Translations under genes and position numbers: made by a program
Shown here: positions 45,686-55,607 of the stretch, piece by piece
How the letters are laid out: each line of letters starts with the position of its first letter
Numbering within the stretch: position 1 is the stretch's first letter
DNA from: a virus
Direction: 5' to 3' (one strand)
Length of the DNA: 64,000 bases
IMG/VR virus record: IMGVR_UViG_3300018432_000004
Location: 8,156-72,155 of that record
The notes under the pieces: generated by a model
What the model saw: only the letters and a program-made list of their open reading frames with translations
Databases searched by the model: none
Told to the model about the DNA's origin: nothing

Positions 45686-45865
45686 ATGAGCTACGACGAA
45701 CCCTCCCACAAGCCCCCCGCGCTGCCCCGCGTGGACTACTTCGGGCCGATGTTCCCGATGTGGCCGAGCAAGATCGAGCGCCCGCCCGAGGATCCCGGCG
45801 CGCCCGAGCGCCGGCGCAAGCGCAAGGCGGCGAAGGCAGCCCGCCGACGCAACCGGCAGCGCTGA
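45686..45865 (+). CDS. 59-aa protein with basic C-terminus
   Basis: GGAAGG RBS; ends RRRKRKAAKAARRRNRQR. Confidence 0.6.
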   Translation: MSYDEPSHKPPALPRVDYFGPMFPMWPSKIERPPEDPGAPERRRKRKAAKAARRRNRQR

Positions 45866-45868
45866 GCC

Positions 45869-46054
45869 GTGCCGCTCACCCCCCGCCGCGAGGACCGGCC
45901 GTGCGCCGCGCCCGACTGCGGCCTGCCAATCCAGAAGGGCCAGCTCTACGCGCTCGAGCACGGCCAGCCGTTCCACATCGCCTGGGCGCGCCGCGTGAAG
46001 TTCGCGGTCCCCCGCCAAGCCCCCACGACGACCCGCAAGGAGATCCATGCCTGA
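45869..46054 (+). CDS. Small hypothetical protein
   Basis: CAAPDCG..H; overlaps the next start. Confidence 0.5.
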   Translation: MPLTPRREDRPCAAPDCGLPIQKGQLYALEHGQPFHIAWARRVKFAVPRQAPTTTRKEIHA

Positions 46055-47222
46055 CGCCCCCGCCCGCGAGCTGGTGCACGTCCACGACGTCTGCGCGCCG
46101 CCCAACATCGCCCGGTCGAGGTTCATGGCCACGGCGCTCAACCGGCCGCACCTCCGCACGACGGCGTGGGCCACCGACCGCGCCGGGATCCCCGACCTCG
46201 CGGGCGTCGCGCTGCGCCACCGATCCGGCAGCAACGACGAGGTTCTCGTCGAGCGCGACGGCCTCGCAGCGCTCATCGACCTCGGCGACGGCCGCGCCGC
46301 TCTCAGCGTGTCCGGCCAGGACGCCGCCGACGTCGACCGCTTCGTCGTTGAGGTCCGCGACCTGCTGCCGCGCACCGCCCCGGACCCCGAGGCGCCGGAG
46401 GTCCCCGTGACGTTCTGGAGCTACCACCCCGCCGGCGTTCGCTCGCGGCGGCGCCGGATCACCGTCCCGCCGTGGGCCGACTGCATGGGCAACTACCCCG
46501 AGGCGACGTTCCGCGCCCTGAAGCCGCTCATGGACGGCTTCAAGCCGGGCGCCGCAGGCCAGCTCCTGCTCTGGCACGGCGAGCCGGGCACCGGCAAGAC
46601 GTACGCGCTGCGCGCCCTCGCGTGGGAGTGGCGCGATTGGTGCGACCTGCACTACATCACCGACCCCGAGGTCCTGTTCGGCGACAACGCGTCCTACATG
46701 CTCGACGTGCTGCTCGAGGACGACGGGCCGGAGATGCTGGAGGCGCGAGCCGTCGGCGACATCGCGCTCGACGAGCCCGAGCCGAAGATCGACGAGCGCG
46801 CCGCGGACGGCCGCTGGCGCCTGCTCGTGCTCGAGGACACCGGCGAGATGATGAGCGCCGACGCCCGCGAGCGCACGGGGCAGGGCCTCGGGCGGCTGCT
46901 CAACGTGGTCGACGGCCTGATCGGGCAGGGCTTGCGGATCCTCGTGCTCGTGACGACCAACGAGCGCATCGGCCGGCTGCACCCCGCCGTCGCGCGCGCG
47001 GGCCGCTGCGCCTCGTCGATCCCGTTCCACGCCCTGCCGTACGCCGAGGCCGTCGAGTGGCTCGCCGAGCGCGGCGTCGGTGGCCCCGGCGAGACCGCGC
47101 TGCCCGACGATTGGGAGCACGAGCCGCCGAAGGTCGTCACGGCCGCCGACCTGTTCGCGATCGTCGCCGGCGCCGAAACGTCCAGCGATCGCGAGCCCGC
47201 GCCCGTGGGGTTCACGTCGTGA
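46047..47222 (+). CDS. AAA+ ATPase (DUF5925-type, actinobacterial)
   Basis: LLLWHGEPGTGKT, LLVLEDTGE, GRLLNVVDGLIGQG, LHPAVARAGRC. Confidence 0.9.
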   Translation: MPDAPARELVHVHDVCAPPNIARSRFMATALNRPHLRTTAWATDRAGIPDLAGVALRHRSGSNDEVLVERDGLAALIDLGDGRAALSVSGQDAADVDRFVVEVRDLLPRTAPDPEAPEVPVTFWSYHPAGVRSRRRRITVPPWADCMGNYPEATFRALKPLMDGFKPGAAGQLLLWHGEPGTGKTYALRALAWEWRDWCDLHYITDPEVLFGDNASYMLDVLLEDDGPEMLEARAVGDIALDEPEPKIDERAADGRWRLLVLEDTGEMMSADARERTGQGLGRLLNVVDGLIGQGLRILVLVTTNERIGRLHPAVARAGRCASSIPFHALPYAEAVEWLAERGVGGPGETALPDDWEHEPPKVVTAADLFAIVAGAETSSDREPAPVGFTS

Positions 47223-47995
47223 GCTTCTCGACCGACGACCTCGTGCGCGGCGCGCCGCCCGCGCTGCCGCTCTGCGCGCCGCTCTGGACCGACACGGCGC
47301 ACGTCCACTCGACCGCCGCCTTCGACCTCGGCGGCGACGCCGAGCAGATGCGCCGCGCGTACGAGGCGGTCCGCAAGTCCTGGAAGTCCTACACCGAGGA
47401 GCCCGCCGTGCCCGAGCCGCCGCCCGCCCCCAGCAGAAACCCATACGCCCGCCGCACCGATGCGCAATGCAGCAGCGGCCCTGATCCTTCCAGCTTCATC
47501 ACCGCCGCCGACCTGCTCGCCATCGCGCAGCACCGCGAGAGCAAGGGCTATGCGACCGGCTATCGCGAGCGCCACGAGGTCGCCGCCGGCCAGATCGAGC
47601 GCGCCTACGACGAGGGCTGGCGCGCCGGTATGGCCGAGCAGCACGACGCGATCGCCAGCACGTTCGGCGAGCGCCTCCACGCCCTGCACGAGCTGCTGCA
47701 CCTCCTCCCCGACGCGTTCACCAGCTACGCCGACAAGGGCGCGCGGTTCGCCGAGTTCGTCCAGATCGCCGGCGCCGTCACCGGGTCGCTGATCGACGAC
47801 CACGCCGAGGGGCCCTACGCCGAGCCGACGGACAAGCGGCGCGTTCCGAACCCGCGAGCGATCGACGCGTCCGGCGACGACGAGGGCGCCGCAGCCGCGC
47901 TGCTGGACCGCGTCGAGCAGCTCCGCGACTGGCTCAAGCCGTTCTTCGACCGCGAGCTCGCCGCCGTCGACCGCGTCGGCGAGTCCGCCGAATGA
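47219..47995 (+). CDS. Hypothetical protein
   Basis: GTGA coupling; 258 aa. Confidence 0.6.
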   Translation: MSFSTDDLVRGAPPALPLCAPLWTDTAHVHSTAAFDLGGDAEQMRRAYEAVRKSWKSYTEEPAVPEPPPAPSRNPYARRTDAQCSSGPDPSSFITAADLLAIAQHRESKGYATGYRERHEVAAGQIERAYDEGWRAGMAEQHDAIASTFGERLHALHELLHLLPDAFTSYADKGARFAEFVQIAGAVTGSLIDDHAEGPYAEPTDKRRVPNPRAIDASGDDEGAAAALLDRVEQLRDWLKPFFDRELAAVDRVGESAE

Positions 47996-48273
47996 CGGCG
48001 TTCGCGCTCGCGGCGCTCGGGCTCGTCGCGGGCGCCGGCCTCGGGATCTTCGTCACGCGGCGGCTGCACCGCCGCGTGGGCGGCTGGGGCGCCCGCCTGG
48101 GCCGCTCGCGGTTCCGCCGCGCGAACCTGCCCGTTGGGGGCTCGTGCACGCTCGTGCTGACGCTGACGCTGCCGACGCCGGGCGTTCTCGTGCCGGTGCT
48201 GCTCGGCGCCTCGGCCGCCATGGCGGCGACGGCGATCGGCTGGCGCTACGTCGACCCGCTCCCACCCGCTTAG
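47992..48273 (+). CDS. Membrane protein
   Basis: About three hydrophobic segments. Confidence 0.6.
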   Translation: MTAFALAALGLVAGAGLGIFVTRRLHRRVGGWGARLGRSRFRRANLPVGGSCTLVLTLTLPTPGVLVPVLLGASAAMAATAIGWRYVDPLPPA

Positions 48274-48328
48274 TCTCACGTTGCGTCGAGACTGGCGGAG
48301 CGCTACACTGTGCGGCACAAGCAACCCC
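48271..48328 (+). promoter_or_regulatory. SigA-type promoter with motif (copy 6)
   Basis: TTGCGT 48281-48286, 17-bp spacer, TACACT 48304-48309, gtgcggcacaagcaacccc; TAGTCTC/GAGACT around the -35 as in copy 1. Confidence 0.8.
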
Positions 48329-48351
48329 GCCGCACGAAGGAGCCCCCCCCA

Positions 48352-48816
48352 ATGATCGTTTCCGCCGTCATCCCCGACGCCCGCAAGCACAAGCGCTCGA
48401 CCGAGTACGTCTGCTACGTCCGCGACGGTGCCCGCGTGGACGTCCTGCGCAGCAGCGACCCCGACAGGCTTGAGCGCGAGCGCGCGCACCTGCTGGCCGA
48501 GGGCGCGACGGTCGACGGCGCGACCTCGCCGAGCCGCGAGCTGACGCCCGAGCAGGCGTCGTTCGCGCTCCGCCTCGCCGACGAGTTCGACACGGTGAGC
48601 GCCGAGCTTCTCCCCCTGCGCGGGCGGGCCATCGTCCACGGCACCAACGACGCTGGCGATCAGCGCGTCTGCCTCGTCTTCGCCGACGGCGACGCGGTCA
48701 CGGCCGACGCCGACGCCGACGGGCGCGTCGTCAACTGCTCCGCATGGGAGCGCAGCCACCTCCTCGCGGAGTGCGGCGCGGCGACGCGGCGCGACGGCTG
48801 GCTGTTCGTCGACTGA
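48352..48816 (+). CDS. Hypothetical protein
   Basis: GAAGGAG RBS; 154 aa. Confidence 0.7.
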   Translation: MIVSAVIPDARKHKRSTEYVCYVRDGARVDVLRSSDPDRLERERAHLLAEGATVDGATSPSRELTPEQASFALRLADEFDTVSAELLPLRGRAIVHGTNDAGDQRVCLVFADGDAVTADADADGRVVNCSAWERSHLLAECGAATRRDGWLFVD

Positions 48817-48817
48817 G

Positions 48818-49087
48818 ATGTACGCCGACCCCGAGAACTGGATGGACCGCGAGCGCGAGGAGGCGCGCGACGCCGCCGCCGAGGACTTCCGCGACGACCG
48901 CCCCACGCGCGCGGAAGCCGAGCGCGACGAACGCGACGGCCCGAAGGCCGGGCGATGGACCGGAACCTGCGGCGGCTGCCTCGGCGCGATGTCCTCGGAC
49001 GACAACGACTTCTGCCTGTGGAAGGGCGGCACGTGGCACCCCGCTTGCCGCACCGCCGACCAAGCGAAAGGAAACACCGATGGCTGA
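48818..49087 (+). CDS. Hypothetical protein with Cys cluster
   Basis: CGGC..FC..WHPAC. Confidence 0.6.
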   Translation: MYADPENWMDREREEARDAAAEDFRDDRPTRAEAERDERDGPKAGRWTGTCGGCLGAMSSDDNDFCLWKGGTWHPACRTADQAKGNTDG

Positions 49088-49670
49088 GCAGGACGTCCAG
49101 GACGGCGCGGCAACGATCGCGCGCATCGGCGAGGCGTGCGACGCGCTCGCCGACCTCGGCTTCGACAGCGTCGCCGGCGCGCTCGCGCGCAGCACCCGCC
49201 AGCGCCGCGGGCTGCTGCGCCGCAAGGTCTACCCGGCAAGCATCGCCCGCGAGCTGATCGACCTCGCAGCCAACGCCGAGCGGCTCGTGCGCGACCTGAG
49301 CCCGCCGGGCGACGCGTGGTACTGCCGCGACTGCGGCGCCGAGTTCGAGGAGGCGGAGATCGAGCACGACACGTGCCCGCGCTGCGGCGGCAAGCCGCGC
49401 CGCGATCACTGCGACGACCTGCGCGTCCTGACGGGCGGCAGCGACGCCGAGGACGCCGCCCGCGTCGCCACGCTCGGGCGCCTCGTCCGCAGGGTCGAGC
49501 ACGAGGTCGCAGCCCGCGGCGAATCGCTGGTGCTCGAGTTCGACGAGCAGGACGGCGCCCCCATCGCCGTAGCGATCGAGGCGCCGCGCGACCGCCCCGG
49601 CGTCCTCGTGACGACCGCGCTGCACGGCGAGTCGCTCGACGTCGTGCGAGCGCTCCGCCGCAGCGCATGA
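49080..49670 (+). CDS. Hypothetical protein with Zn ribbon
   Basis: AAAGGA RBS; WYCRDCG..CPRCGG. Confidence 0.7.
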   Translation: MAEQDVQDGAATIARIGEACDALADLGFDSVAGALARSTRQRRGLLRRKVYPASIARELIDLAANAERLVRDLSPPGDAWYCRDCGAEFEEAEIEHDTCPRCGGKPRRDHCDDLRVLTGGSDAEDAARVATLGRLVRRVEHEVAARGESLVLEFDEQDGAPIAVAIEAPRDRPGVLVTTALHGESLDVVRALRRSA

Positions 49671-50104
49671 GCGCCGCAGACTCCGACGAGCCCGAGCCCC
49701 TCCTCCCCGAGGTCCTGCTCGGCCTCGCGCGTCAGTCGGCGCAAAAGGCCGGCGAGGTCCTCGCGGAGCCGTGCGCGCCGGCGCACGCCGCATCATGGCT
49801 GCGCGCGACCCGCGAGGCGCTCGAGGCGCGCAGGATCGCCGAGGAGCCGCTGAGCGACGGCGAGCGCGCCGCGACCGCCGAGCACGTCAAGGCGCTGCGC
49901 GAGAAGAACGCGACGGCCGAGCAGGCGCTCGGCGACGTCGTCGGACAGCGCGACGAGCTGGCCGTGTTTCTCGGCACGATGGCCGGCGAGTTTGAGTCCG
50001 CGCAGACCGACACCGCAGGCCGCGTCGCCGCGCGGATCCGCCGCCTGCTCGCCGAGGTGTTCCCCGCCGCCGACGAGCGCGACGACGGCGAGCCGCAGCG
50101 ATGA
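49667..50104 (+). CDS. Hypothetical helical protein
   Basis: Coupled on both sides. Confidence 0.65.
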   Translation: MSAADSDEPEPLLPEVLLGLARQSAQKAGEVLAEPCAPAHAASWLRATREALEARRIAEEPLSDGERAATAEHVKALREKNATAEQALGDVVGQRDELAVFLGTMAGEFESAQTDTAGRVAARIRRLLAEVFPAADERDDGEPQR

Positions 50105-50631
50105 CCACGATCGACGACGAGATTCAGGCGATCATGGCCGAGACGTTGGAGGCGATCAAGCGCGGCGAGATGCAGCCGGAGAAGGTCCCGTGGTGGTGGG
50201 AGCCGCGCCGCGAGGGCGAGATGACGCCCGAGTACCTCGGCCGCGTCCTCGCGGACATCGGGCTGCCAGCGCTCGCGGAGCGCGCGCGGCTCGGGCACTT
50301 CGACGACTTCCACGCGCCGGCGGAGGTCGCCGACGGCTTCGAGTTGGTTCGGCTCGTCGTGGAGCTGCGCCGCGAAGCTCAGAACGTCGCGGATCCGCTT
50401 GGACACCCGTTCCTCACAGACACGATCACGCTCCGCCGCGAGCGCATCGCGGCCGTTGAGAACGCGGTGCGCCGCGGCGAGTTCGACGCGACGCGGGCGG
50501 AGTCCGACCGCTGGGCGGCGTCGAAGGACGGCCAGGACACGTTCGCGGAGCTGCTGCAGAAGAAGCCGGGCCGCAACGACCCGTGCCCGTGCGGGTCGGG
50601 ACTCAAGTGGAAGCGCTGCTGCGGCGCATGA
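50101..50631 (+). CDS. Protein with C-terminal SEC-C metal-binding motif
   Basis: [21 protein letters not shown]. Confidence 0.85.
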   Translation: MTTIDDEIQAIMAETLEAIKRGEMQPEKVPWWWEPRREGEMTPEYLGRVLADIGLPALAERARLGHFDDFHAPAEVADGFELVRLVVELRREAQNVADPLGHPFLTDTITLRRERIAAVENAVRRGEFDATRAESDRWAASKDGQDTFAELLQKKPGRNDPCPCGSGLKWKRCCGA

Positions 50632-51068
50632 CCGCGCGCCGATGGTTCGCAGCGATCACGCCCGTCGCGGTCGCGATCGCCGCCACCTCGAGCGGCCACG
50701 ACCTCGTCGACGCCGTCAAGGTCGAGGCGTCCCGCGCGCAGCGCGACGGCTGCCGAACGAAGGCGTGCCGCGTCCGCGTGCTGTGGCGCCACTACCGGGC
50801 GCACCCGATGCCGGCGTGCACCTGGAAGCCGGAATCCGGCTGGGATCCGCGCACCGGCGAGTCGTTCCACGGGCGGCCGTGGGCGCTCGGGCGCTACCGC
50901 GTCGTCAACCCCTCGAGCGGAGCCGGCGGCAAGTTTCAGTTCCTCCCCTCGACGTGGCGCAGCGTCGGCGGGCTCGGCCTGCCGCAGCACGCGACGCGCG
51001 TGCGCCAGGAGGATCTCGCGCGCCGCCTCAAGCGTCGGGATGGGACCGCGCCGTGGGTGAACTGCTAG
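50628..51068 (+). CDS. Secreted Rpf-like/lytic transglycosylase protein
   Basis: Signal-peptide-like N-terminus; [35 protein letters not shown]. Confidence 0.75.
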   Translation: MTARRWFAAITPVAVAIAATSSGHDLVDAVKVEASRAQRDGCRTKACRVRVLWRHYRAHPMPACTWKPESGWDPRTGESFHGRPWALGRYRVVNPSSGAGGKFQFLPSTWRSVGGLGLPQHATRVRQEDLARRLKRRDGTAPWVNC

Positions 51069-51112
51069 CGCGCGAGCGCAGACCGTCCCGCCAGCGGGCT
51101 ATTCTGCGCTCC

Positions 51113-51505
51113 GTGCCCCCTTGCGATCTGTGCCCGGCAGCGTTTCTCATCGCCGGAGCCGATTCTCAGACGACCGCCTCGCTGTGCCGCATCGACTCGA
51201 CGACGCGCGGGCAGCACGACGCCGGCGCCGGTCCGGTCGCGCTCGTGCGCCCGACGACGAGCCCCGCCGCGTTCTTCGGCTACTGCCTCAACGGGAAGCT
51301 GCAACGCGTCGTGGACCTCGAGCACGAGCTCGGCGCGCTCGCGACGCCCGAGCAGCGCGACATCGCCGAGCGCGCGCGCAACTCCGGCGCGACGCTGAGC
51401 TACGACGAGTGCCCGAGCTGGCGCGCCGAGGCGCTCAACCGCCGGGCGGCCCGCCTCGCGGAGCAGCGCGGCGAACGGCGGGTTCATAGTGCCCCCGTCA
51501 CGTAG
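51113..51505 (+). CDS. Hypothetical Cys-containing protein (leaderless start)
   Basis: GTG 7 nt after TATTCT (51100-51105); same frame as the C-terminus of track ORF 50399..51505. Confidence 0.55.
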   Translation: MPPCDLCPAAFLIAGADSQTTASLCRIDSTTRGQHDAGAGPVALVRPTTSPAAFFGYCLNGKLQRVVDLEHELGALATPEQRDIAERARNSGATLSYDECPSWRAEALNRRAARLAEQRGERRVHSAPVT

Positions 51506-54038
51506 CGGCGGCATGTTCGGCGCCGGCCTCGGGCGGCAGCTCGTCGAGGCCGCAGCGAAGCGCACGCTCGGCGTCGACATAGGCGAGGAGCAGACGCTCC
51601 GCAGCAAGCTCGTCGAGGCGGTCCAGGACCTACGCCTCGCCGATCGCGCGAACCGCCGCCTCGGGATGCTCATCCTCGGCGCCGCGTCGCGCTTCACCAG
51701 CGGGCAGGACGCCGACTCGATGGACCGCCTCTCCGTCGCCGACCGCGTCCGGTCGATCTCCCGCGTCGACAGCCACCTGTTCTACGCCGTGCGGCTGCGC
51801 ATCGCGTTCTGCTTCGGCCGCGGCGTCACCCCGCCGAAGGCCAACGACGACGAGGTGCAGGTCGTCCTCGACGACTTCTGGAAGGCGCCGGCGAACCGCG
51901 CCGAGATCACGAGCGCCGAGGCGCAGTGGCGCTTCGGCAAGGACCTTTTCGAGGTCTGCAACGTCTACACCGTCGTGTTCGCCGACGGCATGGACGGCCG
52001 CGTCCTGCTCGCCGGCCTGCAGCACGATCAGGTCGTCGATGTCGTCCGAGACCCGAAGGTATGGGGGCGCGTGCTGTGGTACGTCGTCAAGGAGTTCGTC
52101 TACGAGTGGGACTTCGAGCACCATCGCCCGAAGCCGAACCCGAAGCAGCGGACGGTCTACTACGAGGCGTTCGACGGCTTCGAGGCGCTCGAGGTCGAGC
52201 TGAAGCAGGGCCGCGCGATGCCCGCGAGCCCGTCGCCCACGCTCATCCGCCCCGGCCGCATCCTGCACACGGCGATCAACCGCGGGCGCGAGCAGGCGTT
52301 CGGCGAGCCGGAGATGCGCACGAACCTGCGCTGGGCCGCGTCGTTCGCGGACCTGCTCGCCGGCCAGGTCGAGAAGGCGCGCGCCGCGCAGCAGTACCTC
52401 GTCAAGATCACCGCGCAGGGCGCCAGCACCGAGCAGGCGCTCACCGACGCCGCCATGCGCGCCGTCGGGCGCCGCTCCCCGCTGTCGGCGAGCTTCGAGG
52501 ACCTCGTGCCCGACCCCGACCCCGACCTGCCGCGTCCCGCGCGGCCCGGCTCGCAGTGGTGGCAGAACGAAGCGATGAACGCCGAGCCGTTCACCCTCGA
52601 CGCCGGCAGCTCCAACGCGAAGCAGGACATGGACGCCGCATCCGCCGCGTTCGCGACCGGCACGAACTTCCCCGCGCACTACTTCACCGGCGACCCGGGC
52701 AGCCTCGCCGGCGCGATGGCCGTCGAGCTGCCGGTCCTCAAGCTGACCGACATCGACCAGGAGGTCGCGCTGTCGCCGCTGCGCAAGCTGTGCGACCTGC
52801 GCATAGCCCGAGCGATCAAGGTCGGGCTGCTCACAGAACGCCGCGAGCCGACCGAGGAGGAGATGCTCGCCGGCGCCGAGGTCGACGCCGACGGCCTCGT
52901 CGAGCGCGACCTGACCTACCAGCTCAACATGCCCGAGGCGCTACGGCGCAACCTCCCCGAGCTCATGGCCCTCGCGACCGACACGCAGAGCACGTGGGAT
53001 CCGATGGGCCAGTCCGAGCCGCTCCAGCGCGCGCTGCTCGGATTCGTGTTCTCCGAGCTGCTCGACTTCCCCGACTCCCCCGCCCTCATCGAGCGCATCT
53101 TCGCCGAGCAGGAGCAGCCGATGGGCGGCGGCGAGGCCGAGGACGACGGGACCGATCCGACGACGTCGACCGGGCCCGACGGCAAGCAGCACCCGCCCGA
53201 CAACCCGATGGGCGCCAAGCGGCAGAGCGCCGCCGTCGAGTCCGCGCTCGCCGTCGTGTGGGCGCGCCTGCAGGATCCCGAGGACGTCCTCGCCGTCGAG
53301 CTGGGCGAGCGGCTGATCGAGGCCGCGACGATCACGCCGAAGCCGCACGACATCCCCAACGCGTTCGGGCAGGGCCAGGACTTCGGGCGCGGCGGCCGCT
53401 TCCTGGGCAAGTTTCACCCCGGCGGCATGAGCCCCGGCGCGGGGCGCCCCAAGAGCATCGTGCACCGCCTCGCAGACAAGGCCGTCGCCGCGGTCAAGGC
53501 CGGCGCGAACAAGGCGTTCCCGAACGCCGAGCCGCGCTACGACGACTCCGCCCTCGCGCAGTACGAGGCGCAGGAGATCGCGTACGCCCTCGCCGATCCC
53601 GGCGCCGAGCCCGGCGCCGAGGAGTCGTGGCTCAAGGACGTCAAGGCCGACGCCCGCCGCGCGAACTCCGCGCTCAACGCCGCGCTCGGGCCGGACCTCG
53701 CGAAGTACATCGATCGCAAGTGGGGGCGCGAGGCCGGCGTCCGGCGCGACCTGCTCGACGGCAAGCTCACGATCGACGACGCGACCGACCTCGCCTACGA
53801 GCAGTACATGGAAGGCGAGAACCGGCGCGCGCAGCGCGAGAACCTGCGCGACCTCGACTACGGCCTCAACCGCAAGTCGATCCCCTGCTTCTCGTGCGGA
53901 CGCTTCAAGAAGCGCCCCTCGGACGTCTGCGGCTACTGCGGCGACGATCCTGTCCCTACGGCGAGCGGCTCATCATCGAACCGCTTCGCCAGTGAAACCG
54001 CGGCGTTCGACCGCGCGTACGGCTACGGAGGAAACTGA
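51489..54038 (+). CDS. Portal protein with long C-terminal extension (start could be ATG 51513)
   Basis: FCFGRGVTPP..VLDDFW..N, INR..FGEPE..LRW portal-like core; upstream of the MuF-like gene; C-terminal CxxC..CxxC. Confidence 0.75.
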   Translation: MPPSRSGGMFGAGLGRQLVEAAAKRTLGVDIGEEQTLRSKLVEAVQDLRLADRANRRLGMLILGAASRFTSGQDADSMDRLSVADRVRSISRVDSHLFYAVRLRIAFCFGRGVTPPKANDDEVQVVLDDFWKAPANRAEITSAEAQWRFGKDLFEVCNVYTVVFADGMDGRVLLAGLQHDQVVDVVRDPKVWGRVLWYVVKEFVYEWDFEHHRPKPNPKQRTVYYEAFDGFEALEVELKQGRAMPASPSPTLIRPGRILHTAINRGREQAFGEPEMRTNLRWAASFADLLAGQVEKARAAQQYLVKITAQGASTEQALTDAAMRAVGRRSPLSASFEDLVPDPDPDLPRPARPGSQWWQNEAMNAEPFTLDAGSSNAKQDMDAASAAFATGTNFPAHYFTGDPGSLAGAMAVELPVLKLTDIDQEVALSPLRKLCDLRIARAIKVGLLTERREPTEEEMLAGAEVDADGLVERDLTYQLNMPEALRRNLPELMALATDTQSTWDPMGQSEPLQRALLGFVFSELLDFPDSPALIERIFAEQEQPMGGGEAEDDGTDPTTSTGPDGKQHPPDNPMGAKRQSAAVESALAVVWARLQDPEDVLAVELGERLIEAATITPKPHDIPNAFGQGQDFGRGGRFLGKFHPGGMSPGAGRPKSIVHRLADKAVAAVKAGANKAFPNAEPRYDDSALAQYEAQEIAYALADPGAEPGAEESWLKDVKADARRANSALNAALGPDLAKYIDRKWGREAGVRRDLLDGKLTIDDATDLAYEQYMEGENRRAQRENLRDLDYGLNRKSIPCFSCGRFKKRPSDVCGYCGDDPVPTASGSSSNRFASETAAFDRAYGYGGN

Positions 54039-54039
54039 C

Positions 54040-54270
54040 ATGGCAGGCATCGGCGCTCGCGTCGTACCCGAAGGACGACTGAAGCTCAGCCGCTCGCCGT
54101 CGGCGGACATCGCCGCGGCCGCGATGCAGGCGCAGGAGGCCGCGGGCCTCACCACGGCGGACTTCATCGTCGTCGCCGTCAAACCCGGCACCGCGACGGA
54201 CGCGATGGCGCGCGAGCTTGAGCGCGTCGCCACGAAGGCGCCGCCCGTCAAGGCGCCCGCCGCGACGTAG
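54040..54270 (+). CDS. Hypothetical protein
   Basis: GGAGG RBS; 76 aa. Confidence 0.6.
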   Translation: MAGIGARVVPEGRLKLSRSPSADIAAAAMQAQEAAGLTTADFIVVAVKPGTATDAMARELERVATKAPPVKAPAAT

Positions 54271-54284
54271 GAGCAGCGGGGCTC

Positions 54285-55076
54285 GTGCCGCCCCAGCGGA
54301 CACCGCCGCCGCCGGCGACGCAGCCGCGCACGCCGGAGGCGATCGGCGCGCAGCTCGCCAGCGCGACAGCGGCGCCCGCCGGCCTGCTCGCCGCCGGCGC
54401 CGTCACGGGCGCGCTGACCGCCGCGGAGGTCCGAGCTATCACCCGCGGCGCGCTCGCGGCTCTGCGCAAGCTGTCGCGCGTGCGCCTCGTCGCGGTCCTG
54501 CCGATCGCGCAGCGCCACGCGTCGCCGGTGCGGCCGGGCATCACGCCCGGCCAGGCCTCCCCGTCGACCGGGCGGCGCGGCGCGCTCGAGCTGCTCGCCC
54601 TCGACGAGCGCAGGTACGAGGCGACGTTCCGGCGCAAGCAGCTCGCCCGCATCCAGCGGGACCTTCCGCGCGCGCTCGCGCAGCCGACGGACGCCGCGCG
54701 ACGTCGGCGGCTTGAGGGCCTCATCGGCCGCGAGACGCACTACACCCGGCTGCGCATGGACGCGATCGCTGTCCGCGCCGTCGGGATCGCCGAGTCGCTC
54801 AACGTCGAGGAGCGATCCCCCGAGGGCGCCGTCTGGCAGCTCGGGCGCACCATGAACCACACGCCCGGCTGCCTGCTGCTGCACGGCCGCGTGCTCGCGT
54901 GGTCCGCGCTGCGGTCCGCCCGCTACGTCCCGCCGGTGCACCTCCGCTGCGACTGCCGACTCGCCGGCCTCGACGAGGCCGTCGAGCGCGGGATCGTCCG
55001 CCGACGGATCGTGCCGACAGTCGGCGACTCGCTGCTGCTGATCGCCGCCGCGAAGCGGCTCGAGGGCGACGCGTGA
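54285..55076 (+). CDS. MuF/gp7-like minor head protein
   Basis: VWQLG..HTPGC..LHGR..PPVHLRCDCRL. Confidence 0.8.
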   Translation: MPPQRTPPPPATQPRTPEAIGAQLASATAAPAGLLAAGAVTGALTAAEVRAITRGALAALRKLSRVRLVAVLPIAQRHASPVRPGITPGQASPSTGRRGALELLALDERRYEATFRRKQLARIQRDLPRALAQPTDAARRRRLEGLIGRETHYTRLRMDAIAVRAVGIAESLNVEERSPEGAVWQLGRTMNHTPGCLLLHGRVLAWSALRSARYVPPVHLRCDCRLAGLDEAVERGIVRRRIVPTVGDSLLLIAAAKRLEGDA

Positions 55077-55567
55077 CCGGCGAGCGCCTGCCGTCCCCCG
55101 ATTGGCAGGTCCGCATGGCGCTCGAGGTTCTCCGCGGCGAGGGCATCCCGTTCCTCGTCGCCTGGGCGCTCGCCGTCCGCGGCGAGATATGCGACAGCTA
55201 CCGATCGGCGCGCGGCACCGCCGAGAAGGACGCAACGTCCGACGCGCACCCCGTCCCGCCGAACCTGCGCACGAGCGAGGGCCAGAAGCGCTGCGCCGGC
55301 TGCCGCTTCGTCGCCGACGCCGCCAGCGGCGGCCGGGCGCGCTGCACGCTGTACGGAGCCGACGTGTTCCCCGGCGTGCTGTGGCCGCACCGCACCGACG
55401 ACCGCCAGCAGTGGCAGAAGGCGATCGCGACCGCCGTGCGCGAGTGGCGCCGCAGCTACGAGGGCGAGCCATCGTCCGTCGCCGCGGTCCTCGACGCGAT
55501 CAAGCTGCGCGGCGCCGAGTCCGCGAGTGCTGGCGCCCGCGAGTCGCGCGGGCACGTCGCCGCCTGA
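55073..55567 (+). CDS. Hypothetical protein with a four-Cys segment
   Basis: ICDSY..GQKRCAGCRF..CTLYGADV. Confidence 0.65.
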   Translation: MTGERLPSPDWQVRMALEVLRGEGIPFLVAWALAVRGEICDSYRSARGTAEKDATSDAHPVPPNLRTSEGQKRCAGCRFVADAASGGRARCTLYGADVFPGVLWPHRTDDRQQWQKAIATAVREWRRSYEGEPSSVAAVLDAIKLRGAESASAGARESRGHVAA

Positions 55568-55607
55568 CGCGAACGACACGACGCCCAGCGGCGGTACGCT
55601 GCCCGGC

